In this document: positions 1 to 9,015 of the stretch, one piece after another
Numbering within the stretch: the stretch's first letter is position 1
Layout: each line of letters begins with the position of its first letter
Assembly: GCA_965278945.1 (NCBI GenBank)
Contig: OZ257128.1
Location: 1,426,623-1,490,622, forward strand
Source: Actinomycetes bacterium
GTDB taxonomy: Bacteria; Actinomycetota; Actinomycetes; S36-B12
Direction: 5' to 3'
DNA length: 64,000 nt
Made by a program: the position numbers and the translations under genes
Notes under the pieces: model-generated
What the model was told of the DNA's origin: nothing
Databases searched by the model: none
The model's input: the letters and a program-made list of their open reading frames with translations, nothing else

Positions 1-648
1 CTCCCGCTCGTGATCCGCACTCAGTTCGGCGCTGGCCGCTCGTCGGGGAGCCAGCATTCGCAGAGCCTCGAGGCGATCCTGGCGCACATTCCCGGACTAA
101 CCGTGGTGATGCCATCAAATCCTGCCGATGCCTATGGGCTTCTGCGCGCCTCGATCCGAGACGAGAACCCCGTCATCTTTGTCGAGAATCGGCTCCTTTA
201 CGGAAAGAAGGGTCCCAAGCCGAACGCGGATTACCTGGTGCCATTGGGGCGCGCCCGCGTCGTGCGGCAGGGAGCGGACGTAACCCTGGTGACCTGGTCG
301 CGGATGGTCCTCGAATGCATGGAAAGCGCAAGCGTTGTCGCGAACGAGGGGATCGATGTCGAGGTAATCGATCTCCGGACGATTGTTCCTTGGGATCGCG
401 AGGCCGTACTTGCTTCCCTGACCAAGACTGGTCGCCTTGTCATTGCACATGAGGCAGTCAAGGAATTCGGAGTTGGCGCCGAGATTGCTGCCTTCGCAGC
501 CGATGAGGGCTTCTGGCTCCTTGACGCTCCGGTAGTCCGGGTCGGAGCGCTCTTTTCGCCGGCGCCGTACTCACCAAGCCTGGAGTCAGTCTGGCTCCCC
601 GGCCACGCCCAGGTCACGGATGCGTTGCGGCGCGTCGTCGCGATCTAA
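1..648 (+). CDS. 2-oxoacid (pyruvate/acetoin-type) dehydrogenase E1 component beta subunit, C-terminal part; 5' end lies outside the window
   Basis: The frame of ORF 10..648 stays open back to nt 1. The translation (HIPGLTVVMPSNPADAYGLLRASIRDENPVIFVENRLLY ... VEVIDLRTIVPWD) matches the transketolase-like central and C-terminal domains of E1-beta subunits. Confidence 0.85.
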   Translation, partial: LPLVIRTQFGAGRSSGSQHSQSLEAILAHIPGLTVVMPSNPADAYGLLRASIRDENPVIFVENRLLYGKKGPKPNADYLVPLGRARVVRQGADVTLVTWSRMVLECMESASVVANEGIDVEVIDLRTIVPWDREAVLASLTKTGRLVIAHEAVKEFGVGAEIAAFAADEGFWLLDAPVVRVGALFSPAPYSPSLESVWLPGHAQVTDALRRVVAI

Positions 649-1326
649 CTGAAGTCTCGCCCTATGCGCGGCGAGGAGTTCGCCTGCATGAATGATGTGG
701 TTCGTCATCGCTCTGCGGGCCGCTCTGCTGTCTCGGCGCTCCAACGCGTCGACCATCTCGCGATGCAACTCCGAAGAGACCTGACGCCATCCTTCGATCG
801 AGCCGTAGTACCGGGTAGGCACATACCGCAAGGTCATCTCGAGCATCCACGTCAGTTTAGGCGAATCGCCGGCGAGATTGACTACCCGGTGCAGTTGATG
901 ATCGAGTCGAACGATCAGATCGTCGTCGTCGTCTCTTATTGCCTGCTCCAACTCTATGCGCAGCATTCTCATCCGTTCAACGTCTGCATCGGTCATGGTA
1001 CGGACGGCGCGGGCCGCGAGTTCGCCAGCGATCGTCGCTTGGACGAAGTACAGATCGGTGATGTCGCTGGGCGTCAGTGGTTGAACGCAGAACCCGCGCC
1101 GCGGCACAAGCGACAGGAATCCTTCACTTGCCAGGGTCGTCATCCCCTCGCGCACCGGGGTCAGACTCATGTCCAGTTCGGCGGCCATCGCGTCCAGCCG
1201 AACGAACGCGCCCTCCTGTAAGGCCCCCGAGACGATCATCGCGCGAACGTGATCGGAGACTTGAAGGCTCAGCGCCTTACCCGACCGGTCCGCGCGAGTT
1301 GCCACCGGCGGATCATAGATCTTCAC
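586..1326 (-). CDS. GntR-family transcriptional regulator (FadR/FCD subtype)
   Basis: This is the C-terminal 246 codons of ORF 586..1950. It has a winged-HTH block (VSDHVRAMIVSGALQEGAFVRLDAMAAELDMSLTPVREGMTTLASEGFLSLVPRRG) followed by an all-helical FCD-like domain. A GTG at 1326 is the first plausible start; the ORF upstream of it is antisense to the hydratase gene. Confidence 0.8.
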   Translation of the reverse strand: MKIYDPPVATRADRSGKALSLQVSDHVRAMIVSGALQEGAFVRLDAMAAELDMSLTPVREGMTTLASEGFLSLVPRRGFCVQPLTPSDITDLYFVQATIAGELAARAVRTMTDADVERMRMLRIELEQAIRDDDDDLIVRLDHQLHRVVNLAGDSPKLTWMLEMTLRYVPTRYYGSIEGWRQVSSELHREMVDALERRDSRAARRAMTNHIIHAGELLAAHRARLQLDRDDAPQRIRDLGVAGEPD

Positions 1327-1432
1327 GGCATCCCTACCGGGAAGCACTCGGTTGGCATGCGAACCGTGCGGATCTGTAGTTGGATTGACCGGTCGGTCTA
1401 TTTCGGTTGCCCGTCTTCCCAGGAGAGTCACA

Positions 1433-2206
1433 TTGGATGCTGTCTCGCTACGCGAATCGTCGCCAGGTATCGCGATCATTGAGTTCAACGATCCTCCCGC
1501 CAACGCTCTGTCCGCCAGGGTTCGAAGGGCGCTTTCTGAAGCACTTGGCGAACTGACGACCACCGGCCGGTCTCCGCGGGTCCTCATAGTCGCGGGAGGG
1601 AGGCCGGTGTTCTGCGGAGGCGCGGACATCGGGGAACTCGTCGAGGCCTGTGCCGCGGGAGAGAACCGGATCCGCGAGCTGGCGCAGTCCGTCCAGTCAC
1701 TACTCCTCACCTTGGAGCGGTCACCATTTCCTGTCATTGCCGCGATGGATGGGCACGCCGTCGGTGGCGGGCTCGAACTGGCCCTTTCCTGTGACTTTCG
1801 AGTGGCGGCATCGCGGGTCAAACTCGGATTGCCCGAAGTCGGGCTTGGGCTCATTCCCGGCGCAGGCGGGACGCAGCGACTGCCATTGGCCATCGGCATG
1901 GCCCGGGCCGTGGACATGGTGATGCTGGGAAACCCGGTATCCGCAGCCAAGGCTTTGGAGATCGGGCTCGTTCATCGGGTGGCACAGGAGGAGTCAGCGC
2001 TTGAAGCGGCGATCTCGCTTGCCGAGGAACTCGTGCGACTGCCAAGGGTCGCGCTTGCTGCCGCAAAGCGGGCTCTGCGAGCGTCATCTGCTATCGACCT
2101 CGCCACAGAGCTCGATGCCTTCGTTCAAGCAGCCACGAGCGTCGATGCCGCCGAGGGTATTCGGGCCTTTCTGGCAAAGGAAGGGCCGCGGTTCGTACAT
2201 GAGTGA
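1433..2206 (+). CDS. enoyl-CoA hydratase/isomerase (crotonase) family protein
   Basis: Crotonase blocks are present (IAIIEFNDPPANAL, CGGADIGE, IAAMDGHAVGGGLELALSCDFRVA, LGLPEVGLGLIPGAGGTQRL). A TTG at 1433 lies 6 nt after AGGAGA (1421-1426), but the start is uncertain. The ORF track begins at 1352. Confidence 0.8.
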   Translation: MDAVSLRESSPGIAIIEFNDPPANALSARVRRALSEALGELTTTGRSPRVLIVAGGRPVFCGGADIGELVEACAAGENRIRELAQSVQSLLLTLERSPFPVIAAMDGHAVGGGLELALSCDFRVAASRVKLGLPEVGLGLIPGAGGTQRLPLAIGMARAVDMVMLGNPVSAAKALEIGLVHRVAQEESALEAAISLAEELVRLPRVALAAAKRALRASSAIDLATELDAFVQAATSVDAAEGIRAFLAKEGPRFVHE

Positions 2207-2996
2207 GTCGCGAGTTGTGCTGGCGGGGTCCGGACCCGTGGTCGTCCTTCGCCTGAACAATCCGCCGGTCAACGCGTTCGACGACGCCACCCGAGATGAA
2301 CTTGGACGCTTGATCGACGACCTCCACGCGAGTGACGTGGTGCGTGCAGTCGTCCTGTACGGAGGACAGACGCTGTTCGCTGCGGGTGCTGACATCGCAA
2401 CCCTGCAGCGGCTCAGTTACTCACAAGTGGTGAATTGGAATCGCCGGATCCAGCGAGTTTTCGACTCGGTCGCAGAACTGCCCGTGCCCGTGATCGCGGC
2501 GTTGACCGGCCACGCGCTCGGAGGTGGACTCGAACTCGCCCTCGCAGCGGACTACCGCGTTGCGGAGGATTCGGCAAAATTCGGTCTGCCTGAGGTTCAG
2601 TTGGGAATCATGCCAGGCTCGGGCGGGACGCAGCGCATGGCCCGCCTTGTGGGTCCTTCACGAGCCAAGCACCTGATGATGACCGGCCGGCGCTTCGGCG
2701 CCGACGAAGCTCTTAGTTGGGGCGTGGTCGATGAGGTGGTACCGCGAGGCTCCGCCCTGGATCGCGCGGTCGAGTACGCAAGCGAACTGTCACGAGGTCC
2801 CGCCCACGCGATTGCGTCGATCAAGAACGCGGTCGATCTCGGGCTCGACGGTTCTCTGGCCGGTGGTTTGGCCCTCGAGCGAACGCTTCTTGCGGGCACG
2901 TTCGCCAGTCCCGATCGCGAGCGCGGCATGGCTTCATTTCTCCGCGACGGGCCGGGCCGGGCGATCTTCGTCGAGGAGGTCGAAGCCGGCAGTTGA
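2199..2996 (+). CDS. enoyl-CoA hydratase/isomerase family protein
   Basis: Crotonase blocks are present (VVVLRLNNPPVNAF, FAAGADI, IAALTGHALGGGLELALAADYRVA, GLPEVQLGIMPGSGGTQR). The ATG at 2199 overlaps the upstream stop by 8 nt (ATGAGTGA). Confidence 0.85.
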   Translation: MSESRVVLAGSGPVVVLRLNNPPVNAFDDATRDELGRLIDDLHASDVVRAVVLYGGQTLFAAGADIATLQRLSYSQVVNWNRRIQRVFDSVAELPVPVIAALTGHALGGGLELALAADYRVAEDSAKFGLPEVQLGIMPGSGGTQRMARLVGPSRAKHLMMTGRRFGADEALSWGVVDEVVPRGSALDRAVEYASELSRGPAHAIASIKNAVDLGLDGSLAGGLALERTLLAGTFASPDRERGMASFLRDGPGRAIFVEEVEAGS

Positions 2997-3001
2997 TTGG
3001 C

Positions 3002-3787
3002 CTAAGGCCAGACTGGTGGGCGGCGTTCTCGATGGGCGGCCATGCCCTCGACCAGTTCGGCACCGTTGAATGCGGCAAGCATTTCTGCATTCTCCTCGGC
3101 CGTGATTGCCTCAAGCCAGGCTCCGCGCCCCTCGTAGCGCAGGATCTGGCGCTTCGTTGTTGCCAGGGCTCGACGGCTTCTTCCCAGATATCCGTCGGCG
3201 TTGGCATTTACTCCGCGAAGCAGTTCTTCGAGCGGGAGTAGATCGTCGACTAGACCGAGCGCCAGGGCTTCGTTCGCGTCAAGGATCGCACTGGAGGCCA
3301 GGAGCTTCCAAGTTCGGCGCGATCCCACCCGTCGCGTCAGGAGCCACGGCGCAAGGCTGTCGCCGCCCGGCAGGCCCAACGAGGTAAAGATCAGACCCAG
3401 CGTTGCATTGTCCGCCATGATCACCTCGTCGCAGGCGAGGGCGATGCACGCGCCCCCGCCGAACGCAGCACCCTGGACTGCCGCGATCGTCGGTAGTTCC
3501 AGGGTGGCCAACCGGTAGACAAACGCAGGAATCAAGTCAAGGTCGGCCACCTGCTCGTGCGGTGATGCGAGTCGAATCCTCTCCATGAAGCCCAGATCGG
3601 CACCGGCGCAGAACGCGCGACCGGCACCCGCCACAACCAGGCACCCGATCGACCGGTCGTTCTCACAGGTATCGAGGGCGGCGAGAGCGGCAAGCGCGTC
3701 GTCGCGATCGAGCGCGTTCAGACGGGTGGGAGAGTCGAGCGTCAGCGTCGCACGTCCACCAGCATCTACATCAAGTACTACCGGCAT
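3002..3787 (-). CDS. enoyl-CoA hydratase/isomerase family protein
   Basis: Crotonase blocks are present (ATLTLDSPTRLNAL, FCAGADLG, IAAVQGAAFGGGACIALACD). ATG at 3787 is preferred over the TTG at 3802 used by the ORF track. Confidence 0.8.
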   Translation of the reverse strand: MPVVLDVDAGGRATLTLDSPTRLNALDRDDALAALAALDTCENDRSIGCLVVAGAGRAFCAGADLGFMERIRLASPHEQVADLDLIPAFVYRLATLELPTIAAVQGAAFGGGACIALACDEVIMADNATLGLIFTSLGLPGGDSLAPWLLTRRVGSRRTWKLLASSAILDANEALALGLVDDLLPLEELLRGVNANADGYLGRSRRALATTKRQILRYEGRGAWLEAITAEENAEMLAAFNGAELVEGMAAHRERRPPVWP

Positions 3788-3802
3788 GTGTTTCCCGTCC
3801 AA

Positions 3803-4402
3803 TCACGCTACGTCCGCCCCGGACCATCCGTGCGACGCCATCGCTACCACAGCGCCCTCGACCACGGCGATCGAGTACTTGCCACCAGGATCGAACCAGT
3901 CCACCACGGTATTGATCGTGCCAAGAGCAAGTCGAGCGAGAAGCAGCGGATCAACGTCGCTGCGGATCTCGCCGGACTTCTGAGCAGCCTGCACCAATCG
4001 GCTGAATCGATCCTCGTAGATCCTTCGACGTTTGATCACGGCGCGCGCGGTCACGCTGTTCGGCCGTAGCCGAATGATCACACTGGTCGCGTAGGGGTCG
4101 CCAAGGGCCGTGCGGACGGCCCCGGTCAGAGCGAGGTGCAACTGCTCGCCTGGAGTGCCTGCGTTCGCCTCTGCCGAGCCCAGGCTCGCATCCAACGCCC
4201 CCAGGGTAGCCTCGCAAATGGCCCGCAGGAGTTCGCCCTTGCTCGGCACATGGTGATACACGGTCGACTTGTGAATGTTTGCGGCGTCCGCGATCTCCTT
4301 CATTGACGTGCCGTCGTAGCCACGCTCGTAAAAGAGTTGCAACGCAACGCGGCGGATGCTATCCGCGCTCTGCAATCCTCGCCGTTGTGGTACTGCCCCC
4401 AC
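3803..4402 (-). CDS. TetR-family transcriptional regulator
   Basis: N-terminal TetR HTH is present (IRRVALQLFYERGYDGTSMKEIADAANIHKSTVYHHVPSKGELL). The stop directly abuts the downstream hydratase ORF. Confidence 0.85.
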   Translation of the reverse strand: MGAVPQRRGLQSADSIRRVALQLFYERGYDGTSMKEIADAANIHKSTVYHHVPSKGELLRAICEATLGALDASLGSAEANAGTPGEQLHLALTGAVRTALGDPYATSVIIRLRPNSVTARAVIKRRRIYEDRFSRLVQAAQKSGEIRSDVDPLLLARLALGTINTVVDWFDPGGKYSIAVVEGAVVAMASHGWSGADVA

Positions 4403-4570
4403 CGGACCCTCCGTCGTCAGAATCGTTGCCGACCAGCAGCCCGCCTGCGCAGTCAGGATAGACGCGCAATTCGAGGACGGGAAACGGACAGTTCCTTGAA
4501 TTCGCCGCTAGCACGTGGTAGAAACGGAGTCGGTCACCAGACCGACCGATCGGTTGGGAGAAGAAATCAC

Positions 4571-5758
4571 ATGAGCGCAGCACTTCGAGACCATGATGCC
4601 GTCATCGTGGAAGCCGTAAGGACGCCTGTCGGGCGACGCAATGGTGGATTGTCCGGCGTTCACCCGGCGGACTTGGCCGCTCCGGTGCTTCGCGCGGTCT
4701 TGGACCGGCCGGGAGTCGATTCGGATCTGGTCGGGGATGTCATCCTCGGATGCGTGCTGCAGGTCGGCGAGCAGGCGCTGAACATCGCCCGCAGCGCAGC
4801 GCTCGGGGCGGGCTACTCAGAGGACGTGCCCGGTGTCACGGTTGATCGCCAGTGTGGCTCAGGGCAGCAGGCGGTGCACTTCGCGGCACAGGGCGTGATG
4901 TCGGGCGTGCACGACATCGTCGTCGCGGGCGGAACTGAGTCGATGAGCCGGGTGCCGATGTTCTCGAACGTTCTGTCAGGACCCGGTCTCCCATACGGCC
5001 AACTGTTTCGAGATCGGTACGGCCTCACGGAGGATTTCATACACCAGGGCAACTCAGCGGAGATGGTCGCGCAGAAGTGGGGCCTCAGTCGCGAGCAACT
5101 CGATGCGTTCAGTCTCGAATCACATCGCCGCGCGCTCCGCGCGCAGGGCGAGGGCAGGTTCGATCGAGAGATCGTTCCGGTTACGGTGACGGCAGACGGC
5201 GAGCAGGTGGTCGTGGCGAAGGACGAGGGGCCTCGCGCGGATTCGTCGTTGGAGTCGCTCGCGCGACTCAAGACCGTATTCTCAGAAGACGGCGTCATCA
5301 CGGCTGGCAACGCCTCTCAGATCTCGGACGGAGCAGCAGCGCTCCTGGTGATGTCCTACGGCACTGCTCGCAAGCTGGGCCTGACGCCCAGGGTTCTGAT
5401 CAAGACAATGGTCGTCACCGCAACCGATCCGATCCTGATGCTTACCGGTCCAATTCCCGCTACCGAGAAGGCGCTCGCCAAGTCCGGACTGTCAATCGCC
5501 GACATCGGGGTGTTCGAAGTCAATGAAGCCTTTGCACCGGTGGTCGAAGCGTGGCTCGCTGAGACTGGCGCTCCGCGCGAATTGGTCAACCCGAATGGCG
5601 GCGCAATCGCTCTCGGTCACCCGCTCGGTGGGTCAGGTGCCCGTTTGATGGTCACGTTGCTGCACGAGATGGAGCGGACCGGTGCGCGCTTTGGCCTCCA
5701 GACGATGTGCGAAGGCGGTGGCACGTCGAGCGCGACGATCCTGGAGCGGCTTGGCTGA
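4571..5758 (+). CDS. acetyl-CoA C-acetyltransferase / thiolase
   Basis: Thiolase hallmarks are present (VIVEAVRTPVGRRNG, VTVDRQCGSGQQAV with the active-site Cys, NPNGGAIALGHPLGGSGARL, CEGGG). The ATG at 4571 follows GGGAGA. The ORF-track extension back to 4337 is low-complexity. Confidence 0.9.
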   Translation: MSAALRDHDAVIVEAVRTPVGRRNGGLSGVHPADLAAPVLRAVLDRPGVDSDLVGDVILGCVLQVGEQALNIARSAALGAGYSEDVPGVTVDRQCGSGQQAVHFAAQGVMSGVHDIVVAGGTESMSRVPMFSNVLSGPGLPYGQLFRDRYGLTEDFIHQGNSAEMVAQKWGLSREQLDAFSLESHRRALRAQGEGRFDREIVPVTVTADGEQVVVAKDEGPRADSSLESLARLKTVFSEDGVITAGNASQISDGAAALLVMSYGTARKLGLTPRVLIKTMVVTATDPILMLTGPIPATEKALAKSGLSIADIGVFEVNEAFAPVVEAWLAETGAPRELVNPNGGAIALGHPLGGSGARLMVTLLHEMERTGARFGLQTMCEGGGTSSATILERLG

Positions 5759-5970
5759 CCCCCTCAGGCTGGCTCTCCTGCGTTCGCTGCTGCGGCCGTG
5801 ATGCGGGAGCGGGCTCCCGGCGAACCCGTCATACGGGACTCCTAGATGTCCCACGGTCGTAGCGTGTCAAGCGGCGCGGTGCTGATCGACTTCGTGGTGG
5901 TGCCAGGCGGTGGTCTCGTCGTAGGTGGCTCGGTCGCGTAGTCAGGCGTGCAGGATGCCGACCAGGCGTC

Positions 5971-6503
5971 TGCAAAGTCCCCGCGGTGGCCACGTAGAAG
6001 TACCCGCTGGTGGCCATCTGGAAGTCCCCGCCCTGCACGGCTGATCGTGTCGATGTCGTGAGTGAGGGTCCTGGGCGGTGAGAGTTGCGGCGCCAAGCAG
6101 CAACCACCTCACCCGCCCAGGGAGCTCCATTGAAGTCTGCGGAGGATCGAATGGAAATAGTGTCCGCGTATCAACTGACAGGGACGTATTGGGGTGCCGC
6201 GGAGATCTGCGACACGACGCCGAAGACGGTGAAGAGGATCGTTGATGCGGAACTCGCCCGGGCGGGCGGTCAGCACTGGGCGTTCGACGAATGGGGACGG
6301 TTCCTACCCGAGCACACCACCGCCGTCAGCATTCTCGACCGGCTCCTGCACCACGCCTCAGTCGTCAGCACCGACGGCGAATCACACCGCATGCGACAGG
6401 CAAAGAGCCGGACAGGAACCGTCCCTGGCAAACGCTGAAACACCCGCGCAGGCCGGGGACTTCCACCTGGCCAAAACCGGGGACCGCAACCTGGCCATTG
6501 ACA
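5971..6503 (+). mobile_element. miniature IS21-family derivative (internally deleted, about 0.53 kb)
   Basis: Both ends carry inverted, multiply repeated ~19-bp motifs. The left end has AAAGTCCCCGCGGTGGCCA, GAAGTACCCGCTGGTGGCCA and GGAAGTCCCC. The right end has GGGGACTTCCACCTGGCCA and GGGGACCGCAACCTGGCCA. The single internal ORF joins an IstA-like N-terminus to an IstB C-terminus. Exact boundaries are approximate, and no target duplication was found. Confidence 0.6.
6151..6438 (+). pseudogene. IstA'-'IstB fusion remnant (IS21 transposase HTH fused to the IstB helper C-terminus)
   Basis: The ATG at 6151 follows GGAGGA. The N-terminal part (MEIVSAYQLTGTYWGAAEICDTTPKTVKRIV) looks like a transposase HTH. 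The C-terminal part (FDEWGRFLPEHTTAVSILDRLLHHASVVSTDGESHRMRQA) is the canonical IstB C-terminus. The DDE core and the IstB Walker motifs are both missing. Confidence 0.6.
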
Positions 6504-6677
6504 TACGCTCTGAGCCAAAGTCCCAAGTCTGGGTGCGGTACGTGTAGCAGGACTGCACACCTGCGGACTCAACCGCCTCAACAACGACCTACCCCAGAGA
6601 ACTGCACTCTGGATCGCGGAGGGTGATCGTCTGAATGCTCGCGACAGTTCAGGGCATGTGCGACTGACGTAGTTCGC

Positions 6678-6802
6678 TTACGTCGGTGCTTGGGGCTTTT
6701 GTTTGAGGCGTTCGTAAGGCGTCTGCCCTGCGAGGCCGCCGTGTGGGCGATGGTAGTTGTAGTAGTCCTCCCATTCTTGAAGCTTGGCGTTGAACATGCC
6801 GG
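6678..6802 (-). pseudogene. IS481-family transposase, C-terminal fragment
   Basis: My own minus-strand translation reads ...DTGMFNAKLQEWEDYYNYHRPHGGLAGQTPYERLKQKPQAPT*. It joins in frame to the 8144..8988 piece once the IS3 element and one copy of CCGG are removed. Confidence 0.75.
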
Positions 6803-6866
6803 TGTCGCGCGTCATCCTTTCTGGCAGGCCGGTTAGTGGATGATCGGCTCTCGTCGGAGGGAGTCG

Positions 6867-7190
6867 ATGTCGATGTCCAGGCCGCCGGGGATCCCGGCTG
6901 AGAAGAAGATCCGGGTCGTGTTGTCGATCATGGCTGGGGAGGTCTCGATCGCTGAGGCTGCTCGCAAGGAGAAGGTGTCCGAGCAGTCGATCGGGCGGTG
7001 GAAGGCGGAGTTCCTCGAGGCGGGCAAGACCGCGTTGATCGCCGGCAAGACCGGTCCGTCGAGCCGTGAGGAGCAGCTGGAGGCTGAGGTCGCTGATCTG
7101 ACCCAGGCCCTGGGTGAGGCCGCGGTCGAGATCCGGGTCTGGAAGAAGAGTGCGGAGGGCCGGCTAGGCCCTTCGCGGACCTCGAGGTAA
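6867..7190 (+). CDS. IS3-family transposase OrfA (HTH plus leucine-zipper-like region)
   Basis: The sequence reads IPAEKKIRVVLSIMAGEVSIAEAARKEKVSEQSIGRWKAEFLEAG, followed by a heptad-like EEQLEAEVADLTQALGEAAVEIRVWKK. The ATG at 6867 follows GGAGGGA. Confidence 0.75.
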   Translation: MSMSRPPGIPAEKKIRVVLSIMAGEVSIAEAARKEKVSEQSIGRWKAEFLEAGKTALIAGKTGPSSREEQLEAEVADLTQALGEAAVEIRVWKKSAEGRLGPSRTSR

Positions 7191-7207
7191 TCCGCGTCGA
7201 TGCGGGC

Positions 7208-8134
7208 ATGCCGACCGCGAGGTTCTGCTCGGTGATCTGCGTGCCCGAGCGGACGTGGCGGCGATGGCAGGCCAAGGCCCGTGCCGACCGGCCGTCGAAA
7301 GGGCCGTGGCCCCAACCGGTGCGACAGGTGGCCAAGCCCGCAGTCGTCGCGCACGCCAGTGCGCACGTGGCGTGGGGGCATCGCAAGATCTGGGCGATGA
7401 CCCGCCGTGACGGCATCGCGGTGTCGCCGTCGACGGTGATGCGGGCGCTGCGGGACGAGAACCTGTTGCAGTCAGCGGACTATCAGCGCGAGCGGCGTCA
7501 GTTGGCGGCGGCCCGAAAGGCCGCGTTCTGCACTCCGCCGACCGGCCCGAACCAGGTCTGGCAGTTGGACTTCTCCGACTTCGAGACCATCGCCGGCGGC
7601 ACGTGGCGGATCGCCGGCTGCCGGGACTACTGGAGCAAGCTCGAGCCGCCTTGGCACATCTCCCCGACCGCGAACCACCTCGACGCGATCGAGGCCGTCG
7701 AGCTCGCGCTGGCCGAATACGAGCGGTTGTTCGGGCATCGGCTGGTCGATGAGTGCCCCGTCGACATGAAGACCGGCCAGCTGCTGCCGGTCCTCACCCT
7801 GGTCACCGACAACGGCGGGCCGTTCCGGGCGTTCCGGTTCGAGACATTCATCGCCCAGCACCCTGAGCTGCGGCACGTGCGCACGCGGGTGAGGTCACCG
7901 GGCCAGAACGGATCCCGCGAGCGCGGCTTCGAGTCCTTGAAATACGAGCGGCTCTACCTGGAGGAGATCGACGACGGCCTGGACCTGGCCCGGCACGCCG
8001 AGGCGTACCGCATCGAATACAACACGATCAGGCCGCATGAGGCCCTGGCCTGGAACACCCCGCTGGACGTCCACGTGGGCCTGACCGACCCCTCAACCAC
8101 CTTTCAAGCGGCCGAAATCCTGCCACCTTCTTGA
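7208..8134 (+). CDS. IS3-family transposase OrfB (rve/DDE integrase core), probably made as an OrfAB fusion by -1 frameshifting
   Basis: DDE-core blocks are present (VWQLDFSDF, TLVTDNGGPFRA, PGQNGSRERGFESLKYE, YNTIRPHEAL). The orfB frame is open upstream to at least nt 7139, overlaps orfA, and sits at -1 relative to it. I could not find a canonical slippery heptamer. Confidence 0.8.
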   Translation: MPTARFCSVICVPERTWRRWQAKARADRPSKGPWPQPVRQVAKPAVVAHASAHVAWGHRKIWAMTRRDGIAVSPSTVMRALRDENLLQSADYQRERRQLAAARKAAFCTPPTGPNQVWQLDFSDFETIAGGTWRIAGCRDYWSKLEPPWHISPTANHLDAIEAVELALAEYERLFGHRLVDECPVDMKTGQLLPVLTLVTDNGGPFRAFRFETFIAQHPELRHVRTRVRSPGQNGSRERGFESLKYERLYLEEIDDGLDLARHAEAYRIEYNTIRPHEALAWNTPLDVHVGLTDPSTTFQAAEILPPS

Positions 8135-8143
8135 CACGGGACA

Positions 8144-8988
8144 CCGGTGTCATCGATGGTGACGCCGTCCAGGAGCCGGTAGAACTCCTCGGCGTCGATG
8201 CGGTGCGATCGTTCGACCTTTCCGTTGAGCCGCGGGGTTCGGGGTTTGATGTAGACGTGGTTGATGCCTTTGTCCAGGACGTGCCAGTGGAACGCGGATT
8301 GGAACTCTGAGCCGTTGTCGGCCTGGATGGTCTCGATGTGGAACGGGAGCTTCGCGGCGACGTAGTCGACGAACGCGATCGCGGTCTTCTGGTTCAACGT
8401 CGGATGGATCCGCAGCACGCGCAGGCGGGTGCAGTCGTCGATCGCGGTGAACTGGAAGTAGTGCCCGCGCTTGCTCGATCCCTTCAAGGGGGCGATGAAC
8501 TTCACGTCGATCTGGACCCGGTGCCCGGGTTGCTGCTTCTCGTAGCGTTTCCAGCGCCGCTCGTGGCGCTTGTAGCGCTGGGAGCTGGGCAGCCGGTTGA
8601 GGTCCAGGCGTTTGAGGATCCGCCAGACGCCGGAGTTGGAGATCTCCACGTCGTGGTACCGCTTCAAATACATGGAGATCTTCGCCGGCCCGAAGTGGTA
8701 GTTCTGGCGCAGGTGGATGATCTTGCCGACCACCTCGACACTGGTCGCCTGCGGATGCGTCAAGGGCGCCCTCGAGCGGTCCTTCAGCCCGTCCGGACCC
8801 TCCAGATCGAACCGCTTGGCCCACTTGTAGAACGTGGGCCGCGAAATGCCGCAGTAGCGACACGTAGCCGCGACATTCCCGCTGACCTCCTCAGCATGAC
8901 GAAGAACGGCCAGCCTGTGTCGGACCTGAAGATCCGGATGTCGATCGCTCATGAGCACTCCGTAGATTCCGGAGCACCGAACTGTCAA
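8144..8988 (-). pseudogene. IS481-family transposase, N-terminal and catalytic part (interrupted)
   Basis: The sequence has an HTH (CRYCGISRPTFYKWAKRF) and an rve core (HRVQIDVKF, IQADNGSEF, PRTPRLNGKVERSHR). Homology ends at ..VTIDDTG, exactly at the IS3 insertion point. The ORF-track tail 8104-8143 reads into IS3 sequence. Confidence 0.8.
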
Positions 8989-9015
8989 GCATGTACGTCA
9001 GTTTCATCCGACAGT

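Larger units (their letters stand above)
6803..8143 (+). mobile_element. IS3-family insertion sequence (1341 bp) inserted into the IS481 transposase gene
   Basis: The ends read TGTC...GACA, with imperfect inverted repeats (TGTCGCGCGTCA..TGGCAGG versus TGTCCCGTGTCA..TGGCAGG). A 4-bp target duplication CCGG lies at 6799-6802 and 8144-8147. orfA and orfB are arranged in the 0/-1 frame relationship. Confidence 0.75.
6657..9008 (-). mobile_element. IS481-family insertion sequence, disrupted by a nested IS3-family element
   Basis: It is flanked by a perfect 15-bp direct repeat CGACAGTTCAGGGCA (6642-6656 and 9009-9023). Its imperfect terminal inverted repeats share ACTGACGTA. It contains one rve-type transposase gene, split into two pieces. 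Confidence 0.7.

Noticed and set aside
586-1950. A 454-aa minus-strand ORF that suggests a large protein
   Set aside because: Only the C-terminal 246 codons form a GntR regulator. The N-terminal 208 residues are Ser/Pro/Ala/Arg-rich low complexity and lie antisense to the well-supported hydratase gene (1433..2206). This is a typical high-GC antisense extension.
5760-5970. Possible coding remnant between the thiolase gene and the IS21 derivative (for example LRDRATYDETTAWHHHEVDQH on the minus strand)
   Set aside because: I can assign no family, the frames are short and overlapping, and there is no start or RBS. It is left unannotated.
7100-7210. Placement of a programmed -1 frameshift site in the intact IS3 element
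   Set aside because: orfA and orfB overlap in the correct 0/-1 relationship. I could not find an A-AAA-AAG-type slippery heptamer in the overlap, so the site is left unassigned rather than guessed.
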